Assembly: GCA_965657355.1 (NCBI GenBank) | Contig: CBFHOE010000008.1 | Location: forward strand, 99,884-111,583 | Reading direction: 5' to 3' | DNA: 11,700 nt | Source: Limisphaerales bacterium | Lineage (GTDB): Bacteria; Verrucomicrobiota; Verrucomicrobiia; Limisphaerales; JAJOIW01 | Part shown: positions 6,234-11,700 of the stretch, in pieces | Numbering within the stretch: the first letter of the stretch is position 1 | Layout of the letters: each line of letters begins with the position of its first letter | Made by a program: the position numbers and the translations under genes | The notes under the pieces: model-generated | The model's database searches: none | What the model was told of the DNA's origin: nothing | The model's input: the letters and a program-made list of their open reading frames with translations, nothing else

Positions 6234-7280
6234 TTATCTAAATCCATACTTGGAGATAAGAGACTCTATTTCTTCCTGAGAGCCGACTCCTTCCGTACAA
6301 GTTGGGTGGGATAAACAAGTAGCTGCTGCGCCAACGCCGATTTGCAGGCTTCTTTCGAGAGGCAGATTATCATGGATACCAAGCAGGGTTCCGGCGCAGA
6401 AAGCATCCCCAGCTCCTGCTCCTCCTTTTATAAAGCTATCTGGAATATTTAGTGAGGGTTGAAAAATTTCTTCTCCATTAGCAGACTTTGCATAGGCTCC
6501 TTCAGGAAAATGGACGACAACTAGTTCTTTAACTCCTGATTCAAACATGGCGTCAACGGCTTTTTTGAGATCCGATTTGTTTAATGCATTGTTATTATCT
6601 CTTATTTTAAAGCCTGTCGTTTTACCTGCTTCAATCTCATTTAATATGGCGTAGTCTGTAAATTTTAGCGCTGGATTAACTATGGAAGCAAATCTATCAC
6701 TGTCTTCACTAACAACATCTATACTTGTTTTAAGACCTGCATCTTGAGCTCTTTTTAATAACCTAGCTGCCTTTGTGCCGAATTCATCATCCGCTGCGTC
6801 CAATGCATCGAGCAATAATAAGTATCCAATGTGAAATATTTTTGCTTGGGTTTTTTTGAAATCAAGTTCTCTTCCATCCCACTTTGCGTTGGCCCCTCTC
6901 TGATGAAAAAATGTTCGTCGACCAGTTGATCGAACCGTAAAAACATCTGTATATGAAGTGGATAGATCGGCATCTCTATCAAGCAGGTCAGTATTTATTT
7001 TACTTTTACCGCATAAATCTAAAATCCAATCACCTTGCGAATCCATTCCGATTTTTCCACACCCTTGAAGAGGGAAGGATGCATTTAAGCGAGATAGGTC
7101 GATTAATATGTTGAATGGAGAGCCACCTGTACCTTGTGCTTCACTAAAGATGTTGGCTAACTGGTCCTGTGAGGGATAAGTATCGATAATCTTGACTTGA
7201 TCCACAATCCAACTACCTCCCGCAAGCACACCACTTCGTTGTATCTCGCTTTGAGAAGTGTCACTTTGATTCATTTCCAT
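6234..7280 (-). CDS. PfkB/ribokinase family carbohydrate kinase (substrate unknown)
   Basis: N-terminal GTGGSPFNILIDLSRL and GKIGMDSQG, then TSYTDV, GRRTFFHQRGAN, KTSIDVVS, ILNEIEA and the C-terminal anion-hole/catalytic motif GAGAGDAFCAG. The start may be M3 (7274). Confidence 0.93.
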   Translation of the reverse strand: MEMNQSDTSQSEIQRSGVLAGGSWIVDQVKIIDTYPSQDQLANIFSEAQGTGGSPFNILIDLSRLNASFPLQGCGKIGMDSQGDWILDLCGKSKINTDLLDRDADLSTSYTDVFTVRSTGRRTFFHQRGANAKWDGRELDFKKTQAKIFHIGYLLLLDALDAADDEFGTKAARLLKRAQDAGLKTSIDVVSEDSDRFASIVNPALKFTDYAILNEIEAGKTTGFKIRDNNNALNKSDLKKAVDAMFESGVKELVVVHFPEGAYAKSANGEEIFQPSLNIPDSFIKGGAGAGDAFCAGTLLGIHDNLPLERSLQIGVGAAATCLSHPTCTEGVGSQEEIESLISKYGFR

Positions 7281-7423
7281 ATAAATTTTGATTAATCAGG
7301 ATGTTAACTTACTTTATTTCTATTTAGTTTGAAAATAGTAATTAGAGGTCTAGGCGTTCCAATATGCAGTGATTAAGGTTTGTGTTTAGTCTCGTGTGAC
7401 AATTTAGCAAGTGTTATGAAGGT

Positions 7424-8257
7424 ATGATTTCTATTTTAAAACCACTCCTAAAAGCTACTGGCCATAATACGATATCCTTAAGATGGATGTGTTCACTGAT
7501 TTTTGTTCTAGTGACTTTTATTTGCTTATATCTATTCTTCAATCCACCAGGTATCGAACCAGAGTTCGATGGGAAAAATCTCTCTTTTTATCTCAATGAT
7601 TTAAAACTATTCGGGCCTGTAAATGAATCTCCCAGAAAATTAACAGAGGAAGCCCTCATAGCTATTGGTAGCGATTGTTTGCCGCATTTGAAGAAAAGAT
7701 TAAATGCTGAAGATTCCTTCATACTTCCATTTTTCACCCTGCTAGATGAAAAATTTCCGCTTGGGGAGGCCCCTCGGATAATTGCCTTACCTGCCTGGGT
7801 GCAAAAAAGACAAGCACTGAGGGCTATACTGACAATCGGGCACTCTGCTCATGATTTGATTCCAGATTTGATATCAATGCTCTCGGATTCCGAATTGTGT
7901 TACGAAGCAGCTTGGTGCCTAGGAGCTATAGGAACAAAAAGTATAGACCCATTAGTAGATTTTCTATCCGGCCGACCTCGTAATTCACAAGCGCGAGCTT
8001 CCGCTATTTATGCCTTAGGCCAAATGAGCCACAAAAAATCAATTCAAAAAGCACTTAAAGTTCTCATTAGTTCCCTTGAAGATTCCTCTGATGAAGTTCA
8101 AAAACAAAGCCTGATTGCCATGAGAAAAATGCATGTTGATGAAAAATACTGGAAAAATGTCACCTCTCTCATCGATGATGAAAATCCCACAATCAGGCGG
8201 GAAGCTCAATTGACCATCGATCATTGGATGTCGCTCAATCCAAAAGAAAGCCTTTAG
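7424..8257 (+). CDS. Membrane-anchored HEAT-repeat protein
   Basis: One N-terminal TM helix (LIFVLVTFICLYLFF) followed by EPEFDGKNLSFYL, then HEAT-like units (ALIAIG..CLPHL; ALRAILTIG..A..LIPDLISML; AAWCLGAIG..SIDPL; ARASAIYALGQM; LEDSSDEVQKQSLIAM; DDENPTIRREA). Confidence 0.85.
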   Translation: MISILKPLLKATGHNTISLRWMCSLIFVLVTFICLYLFFNPPGIEPEFDGKNLSFYLNDLKLFGPVNESPRKLTEEALIAIGSDCLPHLKKRLNAEDSFILPFFTLLDEKFPLGEAPRIIALPAWVQKRQALRAILTIGHSAHDLIPDLISMLSDSELCYEAAWCLGAIGTKSIDPLVDFLSGRPRNSQARASAIYALGQMSHKKSIQKALKVLISSLEDSSDEVQKQSLIAMRKMHVDEKYWKNVTSLIDDENPTIRREAQLTIDHWMSLNPKESL

Positions 8258-8272
8258 TTTGGTTTGGAAAAT

Positions 8273-8866
8273 TTAGGAATTATTAATGACCCCGAGTATG
8301 CTTGTTTTCTCAACGCTTCCGTAATATCTGCTGTCAAAGCTGTTTTCCCGATTGTCACCTAGTAAAAAATACTCATCCTCAGAAAGTTGGAAAATCTTTC
8401 CACCGTAAGTCTCGACAATAAAAGTCATCGTATTCGAGGCCAAGTATGGCTCAGTAATCAGAGTATTGTTTCTGTAGACTTTACCGTTTCTTATCTCCAG
8501 GGTATCGCCCGGCTGGCCTATAATTCTTTTGATTGAAAGCTTAGAATCATCTGGATCCTTGAAAACAACGACTTCTCCAATTTTCGGGTTACGCATGCTA
8601 TATGCGAGTTTGTTTAGAACATAGAGATCCCCATCGGAGAGAGTAGGGCTCATGCTTGTTCCTGTTACCCTGACGATGGTGAAGAAGAATTTGTTGCCGG
8701 CGGTAAAAGATGCCAAAAAGACCACCAACGCAACAGCGACATTTATAGCAAACCCTTTGATTATTTGGTTCCGGTAATGTGACTTTTCAATAGCCAAACC
8801 CCCATCTCTCGCTTGGGTCAAATTCAGGTCCTTATTTTTTTCAATGTGCTCCAAATTGTTATGCAT
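8273..8866 (-). CDS. lepB: Signal peptidase I (S26A), short single-TM type
   Basis: One TM helix, catalytic Ser box VTGTSMSPTL, catalytic Lys box SIKRIIGQPGD, and box E YFLLGDNRENSFDSRYYG. Confidence 0.95.
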   Translation of the reverse strand: MHNNLEHIEKNKDLNLTQARDGGLAIEKSHYRNQIIKGFAINVAVALVVFLASFTAGNKFFFTIVRVTGTSMSPTLSDGDLYVLNKLAYSMRNPKIGEVVVFKDPDDSKLSIKRIIGQPGDTLEIRNGKVYRNNTLITEPYLASNTMTFIVETYGGKIFQLSEDEYFLLGDNRENSFDSRYYGSVEKTSILGVINNS

Positions 8867-9138
8867 AGCGACTACCTGTTATTATATTCCAATATATCGA
8901 CAGTAAAATCCAGAAATGAGTCACAAATTAAAATCTTGCTGAATCTTTAATATGTCTCTGGTTTTTTTGAGGTTTCATAAGTTGTTTTAAGGCAATAATT
9001 TATAAAATTATAGATTTTAAATTTTACGATTGTGTAGCATCGATTTTTTTTGAAATATCCAATTTTTTGCAAAATAATGTCCAAATTTAAGACAATTGTC
9101 TCGTTGAGGTTATTGTTTTTGAGTTAAATTTTTATTAA

Positions 9139-9450
9139 ATGGGCAGTCACAAATCGGATGTTGATCGAAAAAAAATGGATGAAATTGTCGAACTCCCCAT
9201 AGGCGCGGAAATCGATTTACATACTTTTCCCCCAAAGCATGTGGGAGAAATAGTGGAGGCTTATGTTGAGGAATGCGCCTCACAAGGCATAGAGCGCGTG
9301 AGAATTGTTCATGGAAAAGGGGTTGGAAACCTGCGAAGGACTGTTCATGCTGTTTTATCGAAAAGTAAATCTGTCGTGTCTTTTGGGCTAGCGTCTGAGG
9401 CGGAAGGTAGTTGGGGGGCTACTATTGCTTTTATTCAATCCAACAAATGA
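9139..9450 (+). CDS. Stand-alone Smr (small MutS-related) domain protein
   Basis: IDLHTF, RIVHGKGVGNLRRTVHAVL and GSWGAT motifs. The true start may be the second Met at 9175 (MDEIVELPI...). Confidence 0.92.
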   Translation: MGSHKSDVDRKKMDEIVELPIGAEIDLHTFPPKHVGEIVEAYVEECASQGIERVRIVHGKGVGNLRRTVHAVLSKSKSVVSFGLASEAEGSWGATIAFIQSNK

Positions 9451-9522
9451 CCCCTATTAGCAGGTAATCAAATTGGTCTTTCCTCTCTTTTCATTTGTTT
9501 GATGAAGTTGTAATTTCAATCA

Positions 9523-10527
9523 ATGAGCCAGCTTTTGTTAACCAGAAGAATGCGTCGGCTTAGGATAAATCCTAATACCAGAGCCATGCTCAATGAGGAG
9601 CGCGTCAATCTTGATGATTTAATTGCCCCACTGTTCGTAAAAGGCCCAGGGGGCGAAGCCGAACCAGTGGAGAGCATGCCGGGAGTATTCCGCCACCCCT
9701 TAGATAAAGCAGTTGAGGTTTGTAGGTATTGGATGAGCATAGGTATAAGAGCCGTCGCACTTTTTCCGGTAATCCCCAATGAATTAAAGAATCATGAGGG
9801 CACCGAGGCCTTAAATAGGGATAATCTGACTCTGCAATCGATTAGAACTATCAAAGAGGCGCTTCCGGACTTGATCATCATCATGGATGTTGCCTTAGAC
9901 CCCTACACAAGCCATGGGCATGATGGAATTCCAAATCTGAAAACTGGCATTGTTGAAAATGACTCCACAGTGGACGTACTCTCAAAATTAGCTGTATTAC
10001 AGGCTGAAGCTGGGGCTGATTGGGTTGCTCCTTCCGATATGATGGACGGTCGTGTTGGTGCCATTCGACGATCTCTTGACGAAAATGGTTTCATCAACAC
10101 TGCCATACTCGCCTATTCAGCCAAATTTAACTCTGCATATTATGGGCCTTTTCGGGATGCCATCGGCAGTAAGAAAGCTGCCGGCGCAGTATATTTGGAC
10201 AAAGGCCAATATCAGCTTAATCCGGCTAATGCACGTGAGGCCCTATTTGATGCCCAGTTGGATGAAGATGAGGGAGCCGACATGTTAATGGTAAAACCCG
10301 GTGGACCATATTTGGATATCATTTATCGCCTGAAAGAGCAATCAAGGCTACCAATCGCCGCTTATCAAGTATCTGGCGAATATTCTCAAATTCATGCTGC
10401 CTCAAAACTTGGATGGCTGAACTACCAATCGACACGAGATGAATCGTTACTTGCTATAAAAAGGGCAGGGGCAGATCTCATACTATCCTATTTCGCTCCG
10501 GAAATTGCCGCAGAAAGGAATAAATAA
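9523..10527 (+). CDS. hemB: Porphobilinogen synthase (delta-aminolevulinate dehydratase), Cys-free active-site type
   Basis: RRMRRLR, SMPGV, DVALDPYTSHGHDG, VAPSDMMDGRV, AYSAKFNSAYYGPFRDA, EGADMLMVKPG, AAYQVSGEY, KRAGADLILSYFA. Confidence 0.98.
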   Translation: MSQLLLTRRMRRLRINPNTRAMLNEERVNLDDLIAPLFVKGPGGEAEPVESMPGVFRHPLDKAVEVCRYWMSIGIRAVALFPVIPNELKNHEGTEALNRDNLTLQSIRTIKEALPDLIIIMDVALDPYTSHGHDGIPNLKTGIVENDSTVDVLSKLAVLQAEAGADWVAPSDMMDGRVGAIRRSLDENGFINTAILAYSAKFNSAYYGPFRDAIGSKKAAGAVYLDKGQYQLNPANAREALFDAQLDEDEGADMLMVKPGGPYLDIIYRLKEQSRLPIAAYQVSGEYSQIHAASKLGWLNYQSTRDESLLAIKRAGADLILSYFAPEIAAERNK

Positions 10528-10533
10528 AATTCC

Positions 10534-11181
10534 ATGAATTCAATACCAATTATGGATTATGCCCCGAGGGTAAAAATTTGTGGAATAACACGGGCTCAAG
10601 ACATCCAGGTTGCTGCTCAATATGGCGTAAATGCTCTAGGATTTATGCTTTATGAAAAAAGTAAAAGAAATGTAACCTTGGAAGATCTGGGAAAGCTAAC
10701 TCGCCTGACACCACCATTTATAACAAAAGTTGCAGTTATGGTCGATCCGGACATTGATTTTGTAAAGAAGGTCATTCGGCACTCCTCCATAGATTGCATC
10801 CAGCTGCATGGGCAGGAGTCGCCTGAATTTATCAATGAAATTCCCATTCCCGTCATCAAAGCTTTTCGGGTAAAAAATGGAGGGTCTCTTGAAAAAATCC
10901 GGAATTACAACAACTCAGTTGCTTGGTTGCTTGATAGTTTTGTCGAGGGAGAGTTGGGTGGAACTGGGCATTCCTTCAATTGGGATTTAGCTAAATCCGT
11001 ATGTAGTGAGGGGAGAGCTGTGATACTAGCCGGTGGCCTTAACCCAGACAACATAATGGAAGCTGTAAGGCAAGTTCGTCCATTTGCAGTAGATGTTTCA
11101 AGTGGTGTTGAAACATCTCCGGGTATAAAGTGCCCAGTGAAAATGAAAGCATTTTTGAATAAAATAAGAACGATAGACTAG
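10534..11181 (+). CDS. trpF: N-(5'-phosphoribosyl)anthranilate isomerase
   Basis: RVKICGIT, IQLHGQE, VIKAFRV, LLDS, GGTGHSFNW, ILAGGLNPDN, VDVSSGVE. It starts 6 nt after the hemB stop, and the start may be M7 (10552). Confidence 0.97.
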   Translation: MNSIPIMDYAPRVKICGITRAQDIQVAAQYGVNALGFMLYEKSKRNVTLEDLGKLTRLTPPFITKVAVMVDPDIDFVKKVIRHSSIDCIQLHGQESPEFINEIPIPVIKAFRVKNGGSLEKIRNYNNSVAWLLDSFVEGELGGTGHSFNWDLAKSVCSEGRAVILAGGLNPDNIMEAVRQVRPFAVDVSSGVETSPGIKCPVKMKAFLNKIRTID

Positions 11182-11250
11182 CATTGAAATAATGAGGTCT
11201 GTTCTACTCAAAGCTTTTATTCATCTATGCGATTGTGCTTCAATTTTCAT

Positions 11251-11280
11251 TTGCTCTTCACACTGTCGGGTAGGTAACCT
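11251..11280 (+). promoter_or_regulatory. Candidate sigma70-type promoter for the Nif3 gene
   Basis: TTGCTC (11251-11256)-N18-TAACCT (11275-11280), 11 nt before the ATG at 11292. Confidence 0.3.
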
Positions 11281-11291
11281 AGTCTCGACCT

Positions 11292-11700
11292 ATGGCTCCA
11301 GAAAAATCATCAACCCCATTAGATCATTTAGTTACATTTTGTAATAAGGAATTACAACATGATGAACTTATTGATTATTCAGGAGCCATTAATGGTTTAC
11401 AAATAGAGAACTCGGGAAACGTCAGCAAAATTGGTGCAGCTGTCGATGCTTCCTATAATGTTATAAATCAATGTGTTAAATCTGGTATTGATTTCTTAGT
11501 TGTTCATCATGGGCTTTTCTGGACTACCAGAACTCCATGGACGGGGACGAATTACAAGATGTTAAAGACTTTGATCCAGAATGATATTTCAATATATAGT
11601 TCTCACCTCCCTCTCGATCTTCATCCAATACTCGGTAACAATGCTCAAATAATTGACAAAATGGATCTCACAATTGATTCGCCATGCGGAAATTACAAGG
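11292..11700 (+). CDS. Nif3-like dinuclear metal centre hexameric protein (YbgI/DUF34), 5' part, runs off the window
   Basis: My translation from the ATG at 11292 has no stop before the edge: MAPEKSSTPLDHLVTFCNKELQHDELIDYSGAINGLQIENSGNVSKIGAAVDAS...DFLVVHHGLFW...IYSSHLPLDLHPILGNNAQI.... The NGLQ, HHG, HLPLDxH and GNN motifs are diagnostic. It is not in the ORF track. Confidence 0.95.
   Translation, partial: MAPEKSSTPLDHLVTFCNKELQHDELIDYSGAINGLQIENSGNVSKIGAAVDASYNVINQCVKSGIDFLVVHHGLFWTTRTPWTGTNYKMLKTLIQNDISIYSSHLPLDLHPILGNNAQIIDKMDLTIDSPCGNYK

Noticed and set aside
7289..7298. Palindrome TGATTAATCA just upstream of the pfkB gene
   Set aside because: A single 10-bp AT-rich palindrome with no second copy and no adjacent regulator.
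8894..8920. Sigma28-like CTCATT-N13-GTCGATAT upstream of lepB
   Set aside because: The -35 is poor and the spacing is short; the nearby TATAAT is a simpler explanation.
9068..9083. Sigma54-like TGGACATTATTTTGCA on the minus strand (GG-N10-GC)
   Set aside because: The spacing is right, but the -24 element is TGGACA rather than TGGCAC and it is ~200 nt from lepB.
490..10859. Other short track ORFs (490..732, 1118..1327, 5513..5785, 5816..6019, 6755..6982, 8039..8224, 9516..9779, 9903..10106, 10052..10288, 10650..10859)
   Set aside because: All overlap confidently identified genes, either out of frame or antisense, and show no family motifs.
1..11700. A multi-gene novel system, mobile element, CRISPR array or structural RNA gene
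   Set aside because: Genes alternate in orientation and belong to unrelated housekeeping families. I found no integrase or transposase, terminal repeats, repeat-spacer array, or tRNA/rRNA/tmRNA/RNase P signatures by eye.

Overview
This is an AT-rich bacterial chromosomal window made up almost entirely of single, mostly unlinked housekeeping or conserved genes. In order: the C-terminal end of a PQQ-like beta-propeller gene, an exported SMP-30/gluconolactonase, an exported DUF1028 Ntn-hydrolase-like protein, an orphan soluble GAF-GAF histidine kinase, a 4-TM His-rich membrane protein, a small very basic putative nucleoid protein, efp, a PfkB sugar kinase, a membrane-anchored HEAT-repeat protein, signal peptidase I, a stand-alone Smr protein, hemB, trpF and the 5' part of a Nif3/YbgI gene. 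The protein styles suggest a Verrucomicrobiota/PVC organism (inference only). I see no mobile element, CRISPR array, rRNA, tRNA or multi-gene defence or biosynthetic system. The most interesting signals are (i) a 138-aa protein with H-NS/Lsr2/Rok-like architecture (coiled coil, RGR-rich linker, winged helix), (ii) an EF-P with Asn (PGNLR) at the normally modified Lys/Arg, and (iii) a possible mini transcription unit in the 329-bp gap at 1425-1753.
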